NCBI GenBank assembly: GCA_008501635.1
Contig: QQUJ01000004.1
Coordinates: 3,085-67,084 of the forward strand
DNA from: Pseudomonadota bacterium
GTDB taxonomy: Bacteria > Pseudomonadota > Gammaproteobacteria > QQUJ01
Direction: 5' to 3'
Length of the DNA stretch: 64,000 bases
Shown here: positions 1-10,336 of the stretch, piece by piece
Layout: each line of letters begins with the position of its first letter
How positions within the stretch are numbered: the first letter of the stretch is position 1
Made by a program: the position numbers and the translations under genes
The notes under the pieces: generated by a model
Database searches by the model: none
The model's input: only the letters and a program-made list of their open reading frames with translations
What the model was told of the DNA's origin: nothing

Positions 1-846
1 CGGTGAGCACGCCGCTGGTGAAGCTAACCAGCACGATTCCGGCGGCAGCGCTGAAGAGGTCATTGAAGACGCCGTGGTGGAAAGAGGGCAGTACGATCGA
101 AGGTAGACCGCCGGGTACGTGCCCCAGGACCGTCACCCCTTGATGATCCAGACCAAAGCCTGCAACCAGGAGGGTGGCCAGGCCGACCACGACGAAGGCG
201 CCCGGCAGTCGCGGCTGATAGCGGATTATCAGCATCAGAACCAGGAGCATGCCGGTCCCGAGCGCCGCTGTTGGCCAGTGACTTTGATCAACACGCTGAA
301 AAAACTCCAGGATCTTCCTGAAGAACTGCTCTTCCGTGCTCGTGTAGCCGAGCAACTTTGACACCTGCCCCACCATGATGAGTAAAGCGATGCCGTTCAG
401 ATAGCCTGTCAGAATCGGTTGGGAGAGGAAATTGGCGATGAATCCGAGCCTGATTACACCGGCAAACAGGTAGAGCAGTCCGGTCATCACCGTCAGCCCC
501 AACAGCAGCGCTGCGTAGTGCTCCGGATCGCCGCCTGCCAAGGGGCCCAACGTAGCGGCTACAAGGATGCAGGTCGCCGCATCCGGACCGGTGATCAGCT
601 GGCGCGAGGAGCCGAACAGCGCGTACGCAAAGAGCGGGAAGATCGCGGAGTACATGCCGATGACCGGGAGCACGCCGGCAAGATCCGCGTAAGCCATGCC
701 CACGGGCAGAGCGATCGCTGCAACCGATAAGCCGGCGGCGAGATCCCAGGACAGCCAGGAGAGCCGGTATTCGGACAGGGCCAGTATTCCCGGCGCAATT
801 TTTCGAATCAGATGGCGCAGCTTCCGTACTGTGTCGTGAACAGACA
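1..846 (-). CDS. SulP-family inorganic anion (sulfate/bicarbonate) transporter, N-terminal part; gene runs off the window start
   Basis: Manual reverse-strand translation from ATG at 846: MSVHDTVRKLRHLIRKIAPGILALSEYRLSWLSWDLAAGLSVAAIALPVGMAYADLAGV... is the typical SulP N-terminal TM region. No stop before position 1, which is why it is absent from the ORF track. Confidence 0.7.
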
Positions 847-1102
847 TGGTCGTCATTTCCATGCGATTGGCGTCCGATACTGGCTTACCCGGAGCCAGGC
901 GGGTTGCCTGTTTGTCCGCATGTAGCACGGCATCTCATCACCACTTTGCTAAATGTACGCGCGGGGGAACTCGTTACTCGCAGAATCAAACAGTGACCGG
1001 GGTCCGGCTGGATGCATCGTCGGCTACGTATAGCGCCCTGCCAGCGCCCCATCCCGCTACCACGGAACCGATGCAGCTCACGGTGAACAGCACGCCCACG
1101 GC

Positions 1103-2233
1103 TCAGCTGCTCAGACTCATCGAGCGGCGGAACAGTGCAAGACTGGCCACAAAGAATGCGACGCCCAGCCCGGCCATCAGCAGGACTTCGATCCAGACCG
1201 ATTCGATACCCGCACCGCGAAAAGCCACCGCCTTGGCAAAGGCGAGGAAATGGCGCGAAGGCAGCGCCAGAGTCAGACGCTGGACGATGTCGGGCTGGCT
1301 CTCCACCGCACCCATGCCACCCGAGAGCATGATCACCGGGATAATCACCATGATCACCAGCAGCGCGAACTGCGCCATACTGCGTGCCATGGTGCCAAGG
1401 AACATGCCTATCGCGGCGGCCGCCCACAGATAAACCGCTGCACCCGCGACCAACAATGGCACCGACCCCGCCACCGGTACCCGTAACACCCCTTGCACGA
1501 CAAACAGAAGCGAGCCGATAAAGGCCACCAGAACCACGGCCATCGTCGCCAGAACCTTGGATAGCGCCACTTCCACCGGGGTCAGCGGCATCACCATCAG
1601 ATGCTCGATGGTGCCGTGTTCCCGTTCGCGCAGCATCGCCGCGCCGGTCAACGCGATGGTCAGCAGCGACAGTTGGTTGAGCAATGAGGAGACCGCCTTG
1701 AACCAGACCGGGTTGCCGTTGGAGTTGAAGGCACGGCGCAATTCCAGCCGCAGCGGTGGATCGGGTAGCGCGGGGCTGCCCGACAGGAACGCGCGCGCCT
1801 CAGACTGCACGATATTGCTGATGTAGTCGGTGCCAAGCTGCGCCTGCGACACCGCGGTGGCATCCACCTGAACCTGCGCGGCGGGCGTTTTGCCCGCGAT
1901 CACATCGGCTGCGAAATCCGGTGGGAAGGACAGCACGAACATGATCTCCCCCCGGTCCATGGCAGCGCCCGCCTGCTCGGGACTCATGGCCACCGGCGTC
2001 TGGAACCAGGGCGGTACCAGCGCCGAGCTAATCTGTCTGCTGAGGGCCGACTGGTCTTCGTCGACAATGGCGATGGCGGCGTTGCGTACCGTGTCGCCCG
2101 CGCCGCTCGCCTCCAGCATCACAGCGACGACGAAGGACCACAGGATCAGGATCACCATGACCGGGTCGCCCAGTACGCTTTTCAGCTCCTTGCCGAAAAG
2201 CCAGAAAATATTGATCAGACGCCGCACGCTCAC
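1103..2233 (-). CDS. ABC-2 type transporter permease (YhhJ-like)
   Basis: 376-aa polytopic membrane protein. 4-bp overlap with the upstream fused ATPase gene. ABC-2 permease family features. Confidence 0.7.
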   Translation of the reverse strand: MSVRRLINIFWLFGKELKSVLGDPVMVILILWSFVVAVMLEASGAGDTVRNAAIAIVDEDQSALSRQISSALVPPWFQTPVAMSPEQAGAAMDRGEIMFVLSFPPDFAADVIAGKTPAAQVQVDATAVSQAQLGTDYISNIVQSEARAFLSGSPALPDPPLRLELRRAFNSNGNPVWFKAVSSLLNQLSLLTIALTGAAMLREREHGTIEHLMVMPLTPVEVALSKVLATMAVVLVAFIGSLLFVVQGVLRVPVAGSVPLLVAGAAVYLWAAAAIGMFLGTMARSMAQFALLVIMVIIPVIMLSGGMGAVESQPDIVQRLTLALPSRHFLAFAKAVAFRGAGIESVWIEVLLMAGLGVAFFVASLALFRRSMSLSS

Positions 2234-4989
2234 CGCTCCTGCTTGCGCAGCGCGAGGATGGCCAGCCCGGTGAATACCGGACCGAAGGCCGCCAGTCGGA
2301 GCAGTGCACCACTGAGATCCGCCAGCCCCAACCCCTTGGTGAAACTGCCGACGCTGATCGTCATATACCAGGTCGTGGGCCAGAAGGTGCCCAAAATCCG
2401 CGCTGGGCCTTCGAGCGATGAGACCGGTTCCATCATGCCGGAAAACTGCAGGGTCGGCATGACCGACAGGATGGTACTGGCAAACACCGCCGTGACCTGG
2501 GTTGCCGTCATCATCGACACCAGCAGACCAAAGCCGGTCGCCGCCACCGCATAGACCAGCGCCGCCAGCGCCAGCAGCAACGGCTCACCGCGCAGCGGCA
2601 CCCCCAGCACCAGGACCACCAGCGCCGTCAGGATCGCAAAATTCAACAGCGTGATGCCGATGTAAACGAGTTGCTTGCCGATCAGGAACTCTGCCCTGCC
2701 GGTGGGGGTGACGTAGAAATTGGTGATCGTCCCGATCTCCTTTTCGCGCGCCACGCTGACGGCCATCAGGATCGCCGGAAACAGCAGCAACAGCAGCGGC
2801 GGGATCGAGGGGCCGATTGACGGCAGACTGTCCATCGCCGGGTTGTAGAGAAAGCGCGGTTCCAGCACGACGGGTGCGGCGGCGCTAGCCGCTGCCGGGC
2901 GCGCGAGCATATCGAGCGCAGGCACCGCACCGGCGGGTTCGGCCAGTACATGCGCGTGGGCGCCCGTGACATAGCTTTCGATGGTGCCTGCGCGCCCGGT
3001 GTCGGCCCCGTCGATCGTCGCCGCCACCTCGGCCCCGGTGCCGCGCCGCAGATCGGCGCCGAAACCGGGCGGGATCTGCAGCGCCAGCGCCAGTTCGCCA
3101 CTGGTCAGTCGGCGCTCCAGCTCATCGATACCCAGAAGCGGCGTACGGCCCAGAAACCAGAGGGAATCCTCGAACGTCGAGAGATAAGCGCGGCTTTCCG
3201 GGCTGCCGTCCTGATCCAGTGCGGCGAAGGGGATGTTGCGCACCTCCTGGGAAATGCCAAACGACATGATCAGCAGCAGCAGTGCGCTACCCAGAAAAGC
3301 GAAGGCCAGTCGTACCGGATCACGGCGTACCTGCAGCGCCTCGCGTGCGGTGAAGGCGAGCAGGCGGCGCACACTGAAGCCGGCGGCATCGTGCGCTGCA
3401 CTGGTTTCCTCAGGGGCGATAGAGAGCCCCGCGCCCGTGGCGGGCTCGGGCGGAATCTCGGCGGAGATGTAGGCGACGAAGGCATCTTCCAGCGTCGCGG
3501 CATCGCGCGAGCGGATGATCGCCGCCGGCGTGTCGGTGACCAGCACCCGGCCGGCGTGCATCAGCGACATGCGATCGCAGCGCAGCGCCTCGTCCATGAA
3601 ATGGGTCGAGATGAAGATCGTCACGCCATCCTTGCGCGACAGATCCAGCAAGAGCCGCCAGAAGTCATCGCGCGCCTGCGGATCGACGCCCGATGTCGGC
3701 TCGTCGAGGATCAGGATCTCCGGCGCGTGAATCACCGCCACCGCGAGCGACAGCCGCTGGCGCAGGCCCAGTGGCAACGCCCCGGCGCGCTGGTCCAGGT
3801 AGGGTTCAAGACCGAAACGCGGCACCAGGTCGGCCATCTGTCGATCGGTCAGTTCGCGCCCGAGGTGAAAGAGTCGTGCGTGCAGCAACAGATTTTCGCG
3901 CACGCTCAGCTCACCGTAGAGCGAAAAGGCCTGCGACATGAAGCCCACGCGGCGGCGCGCCTGCGGGTCCTGCGCATCCACCGGCTGACCGAAAATCCAG
4001 GCCTCACCCTCCGAGGCGGGCAGCAACCCGGTCAGCATTTTCATGGTGGTGGTCTTGCCGCAGCCATTGGAGCCGAGAAAGCCGAAAATCTCGCCCCGCG
4101 CGATGTCGAAGCTGACCGCATCCACGGCCGTGAAATCGCCAAAGCGCCGGGTCAGGGCACGGGCACGGATCGCCGGTTCACCGCTCGCAGCGGGCAGCGC
4201 GGCAACCGGCGCGGGGTCCGCGGCCGCATCGGTTTCGGCCGCGCCCGATTGCAGCAGCGCGACAAAGGCCTCGCTGACCGACCCGGTGCCGGTCTGGCTC
4301 ATCAGCTTCTGCGGGCTGGCCTCGGCCAGCACGCGGCCCGCGTTCATCGCCACCAGATGGTCGAAGCGCGCGGCCTCTTCCATATAGGCGGTGGACACCA
4401 GCACACTCATCCCCGGCCGGTCGGCGCGAATGGTATCGATCAGGTCCCAGAACTGGCGGCGCGCCAACGGGTCGACGCCGGTGGTGGGCTCGTCGAGCAG
4501 CAGGAAATCCGGGTCATGGATCAGCGCTGAACAGAGCCCCAGTTTCTGCTTCATCCCACCCGACAGCTTGCCGGCGAGCCGGTCGAGAAAAGGATGCAGG
4601 CCGGTGGCGCGCGTCAACCGCTCGATACGCGCGGCGCGTTCAGCCCGGCCCAGACCGAAAAGCTTGCCGAAGAATTCCAGATTTTCATGCAGGCTGAGAT
4701 CATGATAGAGGTTGCGCCCCAGTCCCTGGGGCATATAGGCGATGCGCCCGCCCACGGCGGCGCGATGGCGCGCATCGGCCATGTCACCGTCCAGCGTTTG
4801 CACACCGCCCTGCTGCAGCCGTTTGGCGCCCGCGATCAAGCCCATCAGTGTGGATTTGCCCACACCGTCGGGTCCGATCAATCCCACCATCCGCCCGGCC
4901 GGCAGCGCCAGCGTCAGATCGCGAAGCGCGGTGACCTTGCCATAGCGGTGGCTGACGCGCTCAAGACGGGTGACGGACGCAGCCTGCAT
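2230..4989 (-). CDS. rbbA: RbbA-like fused ABC protein: two ABC ATPase domains plus C-terminal ABC-2 permease domain
   Basis: 919 aa. Two Walker A motifs (GPDGVGKST, GSNGCGKTT) and ABC signatures (LSGGMKQK, LPLGLRQR), followed by a multi-TM ABC-2 domain. Same yhiI-rbbA-yhhJ arrangement as in E. coli. Confidence 0.75.
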   Translation of the reverse strand: MQAASVTRLERVSHRYGKVTALRDLTLALPAGRMVGLIGPDGVGKSTLMGLIAGAKRLQQGGVQTLDGDMADARHRAAVGGRIAYMPQGLGRNLYHDLSLHENLEFFGKLFGLGRAERAARIERLTRATGLHPFLDRLAGKLSGGMKQKLGLCSALIHDPDFLLLDEPTTGVDPLARRQFWDLIDTIRADRPGMSVLVSTAYMEEAARFDHLVAMNAGRVLAEASPQKLMSQTGTGSVSEAFVALLQSGAAETDAAADPAPVAALPAASGEPAIRARALTRRFGDFTAVDAVSFDIARGEIFGFLGSNGCGKTTTMKMLTGLLPASEGEAWIFGQPVDAQDPQARRRVGFMSQAFSLYGELSVRENLLLHARLFHLGRELTDRQMADLVPRFGLEPYLDQRAGALPLGLRQRLSLAVAVIHAPEILILDEPTSGVDPQARDDFWRLLLDLSRKDGVTIFISTHFMDEALRCDRMSLMHAGRVLVTDTPAAIIRSRDAATLEDAFVAYISAEIPPEPATGAGLSIAPEETSAAHDAAGFSVRRLLAFTAREALQVRRDPVRLAFAFLGSALLLLIMSFGISQEVRNIPFAALDQDGSPESRAYLSTFEDSLWFLGRTPLLGIDELERRLTSGELALALQIPPGFGADLRRGTGAEVAATIDGADTGRAGTIESYVTGAHAHVLAEPAGAVPALDMLARPAAASAAAPVVLEPRFLYNPAMDSLPSIGPSIPPLLLLLFPAILMAVSVAREKEIGTITNFYVTPTGRAEFLIGKQLVYIGITLLNFAILTALVVLVLGVPLRGEPLLLALAALVYAVAATGFGLLVSMMTATQVTAVFASTILSVMPTLQFSGMMEPVSSLEGPARILGTFWPTTWYMTISVGSFTKGLGLADLSGALLRLAAFGPVFTGLAILALRKQER

Positions 4990-4991
4990 GG

Positions 4992-6014
4992 CTAATCGGT
5001 GGGCGGGTCGGTGGGCGTGGCGACCAGCGGTGGGATGAGTCCCTCCGGCCAGTCCGGCAGGTTGCCGTCGTCCCCCGCCAGCCGCACCCAGGCGACGCCG
5101 CGTACGCCGGTCTTGACCTGGTCCATCCGCGCCGCGGCCAGTTCGGGTGGAATACTCACGCGGATGCGGAACATCAGGCTCTCACGCTCGGTCACGGTTT
5201 CTACTTGTTTGGGTGTGAACTGTGCTTGCGGCGAGACGAAGGACACCACCGCGGGCACGGCGGCAGTGGGCATGATATCGGGGACGATGCGCGCCTCGTC
5301 GCCGAGCCTGACGCGTGGGGCTTCGGTGGCGGGCAGGAAGAACTCCATGTAGATATTCTCGAGGCTGACCAGCGTCAGCAGCTTGCCGCCGTTGCCTAGA
5401 ATCTCACCTGGCTGCGCCAGACGGTAAAGCACCCGCCCCGCGCCCTGTGCGTAAAGCGTGCTGTCGGCGATACGTGCCGCGATCTCGGCGCGCGCGGCGG
5501 CTTCGGCGTCGACGGCGCGCTGTCGGGCTCGCAGGTTCGCCTTGGTGGCGGCCAGCGCAGCCTCGGCCACCTGCGTCTCGGTGCGGCGTATGTCGAGATC
5601 CTGTTGCGAGAGCATGTCGCGCGTGCTCAGCGTCTCGGCGCGGGCCTGTTCACTGCGTGCCAGCGCCAGTTTCGCCTCGGCCTCGACCACCTGTGCGGAC
5701 GCCACCCCGACCGCCGCCTCGGCGCTGGCCACCGCCGCCTCGGCGCGCATCAACTGCGACTTCAGTTCGGCGGTGTCCATGACCGCCAGCACATCGCCCG
5801 GCTGCACTCGATCGCCCTCCCGCACCTTGATTTCGGCCACCCGCCCGGCCAGGCGTGGCGAGATGTCGACGAGGTCCGCCTCGATTCGGCCATTACCGCG
5901 GGCAAACCCCTCGGGCGGCAGGCCCGAGGGTTTGAACAACACCGTCCATGCGGCGAAACCCAGAAGAGCCAGAAGGGCGATGAGAACGATGGAAATGGAG
6001 ATCTTGCGGGACAT
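4992..6014 (-). CDS. HlyD-family membrane fusion protein (YhiI-like)
   Basis: N-terminal TM anchor (MSRKISISIVLIALLALLGFAAW) then coiled-coil and barrel segments. Good RBS AGGAGA before ATG at 6014. 2-bp gap to rbbA. The ORF track's upstream M at 6047 is less likely. Confidence 0.7.
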   Translation of the reverse strand: MSRKISISIVLIALLALLGFAAWTVLFKPSGLPPEGFARGNGRIEADLVDISPRLAGRVAEIKVREGDRVQPGDVLAVMDTAELKSQLMRAEAAVASAEAAVGVASAQVVEAEAKLALARSEQARAETLSTRDMLSQQDLDIRRTETQVAEAALAATKANLRARQRAVDAEAAARAEIAARIADSTLYAQGAGRVLYRLAQPGEILGNGGKLLTLVSLENIYMEFFLPATEAPRVRLGDEARIVPDIMPTAAVPAVVSFVSPQAQFTPKQVETVTERESLMFRIRVSIPPELAAARMDQVKTGVRGVAWVRLAGDDGNLPDWPEGLIPPLVATPTDPPTD

Positions 6015-6119
6015 GTGCTCTCCTCGTTGGCAAGCCCCTTCTGGCAAAAAGATCTGCCCGCATCAACAGGGAGCCTTTAAATTTTCAGCCACTACCTTAA
6101 TGGTTGGGCGATAATGTAC

Positions 6120-6139
6120 AACCCCGCCGCAAGCGGCGG
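6120..6139 (-). terminator. GC-rich hairpin (ccccgccgc-aa-gcggcgggg) downstream of adh, probable intrinsic terminator
   Basis: 9-bp perfect stem followed on the minus strand by TTGTACATTAT. Confidence 0.35.
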
Positions 6140-6246
6140 GGCATCACTGCAAAGTCTAGTTGAAACACTCGCGGCGAGCCGCGAGTAATTTGACCCCCAG
6201 AGATTTCCTGCATGCTCTTGCTGGGCGGCGCACCGGGCGGGACTTC

Positions 6247-7302
6247 TCAGGCTCCGAACTCAATCATCGGTTTGATCATGCCGTCTTCTTTCCTCTCCAT
6301 CATGCGGAACGCTTTCTCAATCTCATCGAATCCAAAGGAATGGGTGGTCATCGGAGTGGGATCGATCCGCCCGGTTTCCAGCAACCTCAGCAGGCGGGAG
6401 AGCCGCAAATGTCCGCCCGGGCAGAGACCCGTCGCGATGTCCTTCTCCGCCATTCCCACGCCCCACTCCACGCGGGGGATCTCGACGAACTCGCCGTCAC
6501 CATGGTAACCAGCGTTCGAGATCATACCGCCGGGCTTGGTCACCTTGACGCACTGTTGCAACACCTTGGACGAGCCCAGCGCATCGATGGCCGCATCCAC
6601 GCCTTCGCCGTTCGTGAGCTCGAAAATCCGCTCTACCACGTCAACTTTTGTGAAGTCCAACACCTCGTCGGCCCCATAGTGCCGAGCCAGCTCCTGTCGC
6701 TTGGGCACGCTTTCAATCGCGATTACGAAACCGGCACCCTGCAGGCGTGCCCCCGCCGTGCACATGAGACCCACGGGGCCCTGTGCGAAGATCGCGACAG
6801 TGCCACCGATGGGAATCCGGGCGTTTTCTGCGGCCATGAATCCAGTGCTCATCATGTCGCACACGTACACAGCCGACTCGTCTGGCACACCATCGGGGAT
6901 CAGCGCGAGGTTGGCGTCCGCTTCGTTGACGTGTACGTAATCGGCAAAGGTGCCGTCCTTGATATTGGCGAACTTCCATCCTCCCAGCGCCCCACCAGAC
7001 TGCGACGAATGGCCTCCCTGCGCAGCGTCTGAACCCCAGTCGGGGGTGATAGCACCCACCGCCACCCGGTCTCCCTGCTTGAAGTTGGCGACTAACGATC
7101 CGACTTCCTCGACCACGCCAACGACTTCATGTCCCAGCGTGAGGTTCTTCCGTTCTCCAATCGCACCATGGACGGTATGCACATCAGATGTGCAGATCAG
7201 CCCCTTGGTCGGACGCAGGATCGCGTCCAGGGGCCCACAGGTCGGCCGTTCCTTTTCAACGACGCCCACTTGCCCGGTTTTCAACATTACGAATGCCTTC
7301 AT
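6247..7302 (-). CDS. adh: NADP-dependent zinc alcohol dehydrogenase (TbADH/CbADH-like secondary-alcohol dehydrogenase)
   Basis: 351 aa, collinear with the Clostridium beijerinckii/Thermoanaerobacter brockii ADH family (GHE-x2-G-x5-G, CTSDVHTV). RBS AAGGAGA before ATG. Confidence 0.8.
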   Translation of the reverse strand: MKAFVMLKTGQVGVVEKERPTCGPLDAILRPTKGLICTSDVHTVHGAIGERKNLTLGHEVVGVVEEVGSLVANFKQGDRVAVGAITPDWGSDAAQGGHSSQSGGALGGWKFANIKDGTFADYVHVNEADANLALIPDGVPDESAVYVCDMMSTGFMAAENARIPIGGTVAIFAQGPVGLMCTAGARLQGAGFVIAIESVPKRQELARHYGADEVLDFTKVDVVERIFELTNGEGVDAAIDALGSSKVLQQCVKVTKPGGMISNAGYHGDGEFVEIPRVEWGVGMAEKDIATGLCPGGHLRLSRLLRLLETGRIDPTPMTTHSFGFDEIEKAFRMMERKEDGMIKPMIEFGA

Positions 7303-7401
7303 AGAAGTCTCCTTAAATTCTCGGTATTGGAAAAGGGCCGGAAAAGGCGGAAAAGGGGACGCCCATTAGCCGACTCCGGTCAAGCGGCACGAATGCTGTT
7401 C

Positions 7402-8442
7402 TTACAGGCAAATGTACTGAATACCACTAGCATCCGGTGAGGCACTTTGGTTCTCGATGTATTGCTCGTTAGTCCCATCCTGCTCAATCACAACGACGCC
7501 GGTTTCGCGCACCACCGGGCCCGGATCACCAACGTAACGGTGAAATAAAAGCTTCTCATCCTCGTCGTACCAAACCGGCGTACGATCCAGATGTAGACCA
7601 ACGCCGGGAGCACAGGAGACGCACAGGGCAGCGAAAGGCGCTGTAGTAGCCACCCGATAAATTTTTCCGCCCCCGCCCTCATAAGCCAGATATCGATTGT
7701 CTTTAGACCATGCGATTCGATTGGGCTTGGCTGTTAACGTCAATGGAGTGCTTCCTGCGAACACCGTGCTGGTCGCCTGGAGGCTACCGTCCGCTTGCCG
7801 AATGACGACGTCACGACCGCGCACAAAAGCGACCCGACCATCCGAAGCCCAGGAAGGCAAAATGTCGTTCACGCCAATCGTTCGAACCAGCAACGTGCGG
7901 TTGCTGCCGTCCAGGTTGCTGGTATACAGGTCGTAGTCGTTCGGATCAGCAGGGCCGGTGCTGGCGAAAACTATCAGCCGATTGTCGGTGGAGATGCTTG
8001 GGTGACGACTGTTTAGCGACAAGGGCGACAATGGAACAGGTACGCTTCCCGGCGTTCGTGTATCGACGCGATACAAAGACAGATTGTCGTTGGTATTTTC
8101 CCAAGTGAAATAGAGCCAACGACCATCGGAACCCCAAGCATAATCAGTGGTCGCACGGCCCGCCAGGCTCCCGGTTAAATTCTTGAATCCACTGCCGTCT
8201 CTCGTTGCGACAAAAATGTCGTTTCTGGCGTGCTGCGCACCAAAATAGGCAAAGCGGTTTTCAGAGGGGGCCCAGATGGGAACTTTGTTGTTACGTGTTG
8301 GCAGAGACACGTTCCTGATTCGCTCACAGATCACCAGCCGGATATTCCCAGTCGTTGGCTGATGGAAAAGGACCGCGGATTGGCAGCCTAAGAGTAAAAA
8401 GGCGATAAATAGTAATGTGCCTGCTTTGAGTGGTTGAACCAT
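7402..8442 (-). CDS. TolB-like beta-propeller lipoprotein
   Basis: Lipobox LLLGC after signal peptide. Repeated WD40-like beta-propeller (TolB-type) segments. RBS GGAGGAG. Confidence 0.5.
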   Translation of the reverse strand: MVQPLKAGTLLFIAFLLLGCQSAVLFHQPTTGNIRLVICERIRNVSLPTRNNKVPIWAPSENRFAYFGAQHARNDIFVATRDGSGFKNLTGSLAGRATTDYAWGSDGRWLYFTWENTNDNLSLYRVDTRTPGSVPVPLSPLSLNSRHPSISTDNRLIVFASTGPADPNDYDLYTSNLDGSNRTLLVRTIGVNDILPSWASDGRVAFVRGRDVVIRQADGSLQATSTVFAGSTPLTLTAKPNRIAWSKDNRYLAYEGGGGKIYRVATTAPFAALCVSCAPGVGLHLDRTPVWYDEDEKLLFHRYVGDPGPVVRETGVVVIEQDGTNEQYIENQSASPDASGIQYICL

Positions 8443-8586
8443 AGCTCTCCTCCTTGAAGCCAGTAGGCGATGAATGCGCGAGTCCGGCGATTCTTCTTAA
8501 AACGTGTTCAGATTAGTATTAAAGGGCTCTGACCCCTTTAAATGCTTTCCCTTCGTCCCCTTTATACTCTTTTTCGCGACGGTCTC

Positions 8587-9030
8587 TCAGGTTTCCTGTT
8601 GAAGCCTTTGTTCAATATCACGCAGTAGCTCAATGGTACTTTCAAGCCGCGCCGGATCGAGACCACGGCTCAGGTCGTTAACCCAGCGTGCCTGAATTTG
8701 GCTGATCTGCTCGTATTTGTGTTTTCCCAGTTCAGTCAGCCGTATCAGTTTTGCGCGGCGGTGAAGGGGGTTGGGCTCGAAGGCGACAATACCCTCCTCT
8801 GCCAGCACATCAACCAACCGTTGGACACTCTGACGTTTGAGCCCCATCTCACGCGCGATCTGCGTCGCGGTGAGTGCGTTCCCATCCAATGTACCCATGA
8901 CCTGCCAGCGTGCGCTGGTTAGTCTCAGTTCGCGGGTCAGGCGGTCACCCGCCGCCAGAAGCAGGCCATTCACCCGAAAGACAGCCAGTATCAGGTTCGT
9001 GGTGATTTCTCCGGATCTCGTACGGTTCAT
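8587..9030 (-). CDS. MarR-family transcriptional regulator
   Basis: Winged-helix MarR core (LTATQIAREMGLKRQSVQRLVDVLAEEGIV...RRAKLIRLTELG). Start at MNRTR (9030) preferred for its AAGGA RBS. Confidence 0.75.
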   Translation of the reverse strand: MNRTRSGEITTNLILAVFRVNGLLLAAGDRLTRELRLTSARWQVMGTLDGNALTATQIAREMGLKRQSVQRLVDVLAEEGIVAFEPNPLHRRAKLIRLTELGKHKYEQISQIQARWVNDLSRGLDPARLESTIELLRDIEQRLQQET

Positions 9031-9048
9031 GTAATCCTTCCACTGCCA

Positions 9049-9104
9049 TTGACAGCATACTGACAAGATGACAGCATACTGACAAACACCATGCGGTTTG
9101 TCAA
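9049..9104. promoter_or_regulatory. Candidate MarR operator: two direct 16-bp repeats plus a TGACAAAC-N7-GTTTGTCA palindrome in the divergent MarR/DUF2269 promoter region
   Basis: gacagcatactgacaa occurs at 9051-9066 and 9070-9085. The palindrome lies at 9080-9103 between the divergently transcribed genes. Confidence 0.35.
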
Positions 9105-9124
9105 TCCATAACAGGAGTAGGGTT

Positions 9125-9628
9125 ATGAATACGTTTCTTAAGGGTTTTCATCTTGTCGCTCTGGCAATTTTCCTGGGAAGTATCCCTGGGCACATTCTAT
9201 TGGGGGCTATGGGAGATCCAGCGCGGGATCTCGAAGGATTTGCGGTGCTGATGCAGGCGAAACAAATGAATGTCCAATGGCTCACCGTTCCAGGTCTCGT
9301 GATCACCCTGCTGTCGGGTCTCACCCTCATGGTGAGGCGAGGAATCAAACCGACCAGGAATCGGTGGTTGGCAGCCAAGCTTGCGTTGGTTGTGCTGGTT
9401 GCTCTGAATGGCGCGCTGATACTGGGTCCCCTTAGTCGTGAAATGGCCACTATGGCCCAACATGCCGTGCAGGCAGGTGCACTGCCAAGTGCCTTTGCGA
9501 CGCTGGAAGGACGGGAGGCGATCTTCGGTGCGGTCAATCTGGCGATGATCCTGACCATTATCGGTCTTGTCGTCGCCAAACCCGCTTTGCGGCGTGCAAA
9601 TGGCCCGTCTGCGGGTATTCCACAATGA
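9125..9628 (+). CDS. DUF2269-like integral membrane protein
   Basis: 4-TM small membrane protein. AGGAG RBS before ATG at 9125. ATGA overlap with a paralogous downstream gene. Confidence 0.5.
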   Translation: MNTFLKGFHLVALAIFLGSIPGHILLGAMGDPARDLEGFAVLMQAKQMNVQWLTVPGLVITLLSGLTLMVRRGIKPTRNRWLAAKLALVVLVALNGALILGPLSREMATMAQHAVQAGALPSAFATLEGREAIFGAVNLAMILTIIGLVVAKPALRRANGPSAGIPQ

Positions 9629-10200
9629 TCTACCCATTGCTCAAGTTTGCCCACATCGTTGGCGTGATGCTTATTGGCGCCGGGCTCATTGGCGTCTGGT
9701 TTGCCGATCTGCGCAGCCGCCAACTGAGGGAGTTGAGCCCTTTTGCGGAGGCGGTACGCAACATTGCGGTTTTTTATGATGGCCTGGTGGTCCCGGGTGC
9801 AATTCTGTTGTTGCTATCGGGCAGTTGGTTGATCGCGGAGTTCTTTGGAGGTTGGCAGTTTCTGAAACAACCTTGGCTTCTCGGAATGGTGGTGCTGTTT
9901 TTGTTCGAGTTCATAGAGGGAAATACTGTAACGCGGCTCTACTTCATGCGGATGCGCCGCCTGACCCGAGAGGCCCTTCGCGAGGGACACTTTACGCCTG
10001 AGCTTGAGGCGGCGCGGGCGGAATCGGTACCCTCCTTCACCCATTTTCTGGATCTGCCGGTGCTATTGGTCATCGTGGCCTTGGGCACGATCAAACCGGA
10101 GACCTGGACGTTGTTTCTGGTGGGCTGTCTCGCGGCCATCCTGGTGGCTGTCGCATTGACGCGATACATACCCAAACTCTATCCGTGGGGTGCGGGGTAG
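9625..10200 (+). CDS. DUF2269-like integral membrane protein (paralog)
   Basis: Same architecture as the preceding gene (MIYPLLKFAHIVGVMLIGAGLIGVWF...), translationally coupled to it. Confidence 0.5.
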   Translation: MIYPLLKFAHIVGVMLIGAGLIGVWFADLRSRQLRELSPFAEAVRNIAVFYDGLVVPGAILLLLSGSWLIAEFFGGWQFLKQPWLLGMVVLFLFEFIEGNTVTRLYFMRMRRLTREALREGHFTPELEAARAESVPSFTHFLDLPVLLVIVALGTIKPETWTLFLVGCLAAILVAVALTRYIPKLYPWGAG

Positions 10201-10336
10201 TCAGGGTGAATTGCTGGCGGTTTCATTCCCCAACCGCAAATACTCGACATCGCAACTCCCTTGCTTTCGTGTTTCGATGGATGTTATCGGCCAATCGGTG
10301 GGCTGGCTAATATTTATTCCCTTCGTCCCCTTTTTC

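Noticed and set aside
846-1433. Overlapping +/- ORFs of 180-195 aa between the SulP and ABC-2 genes
   Set aside because: Mutually overlapping, Arg/Pro-rich, and overlap the C-terminus of the ABC-2 permease. No independent support.
2950-4530. Long antisense ORFs opposite real genes. Examples: 526 aa opposite rbbA; 13701..14699, 17659..19107, 18023..19174, 20190..21890, 33435..34610, 44353..45972, 52123..53541, 56050..57036.
   Set aside because: Arg/His/Gly-rich, no motifs. Each lies fully inside a well-supported gene on the other strand. This is a typical artefact of >60% GC DNA.
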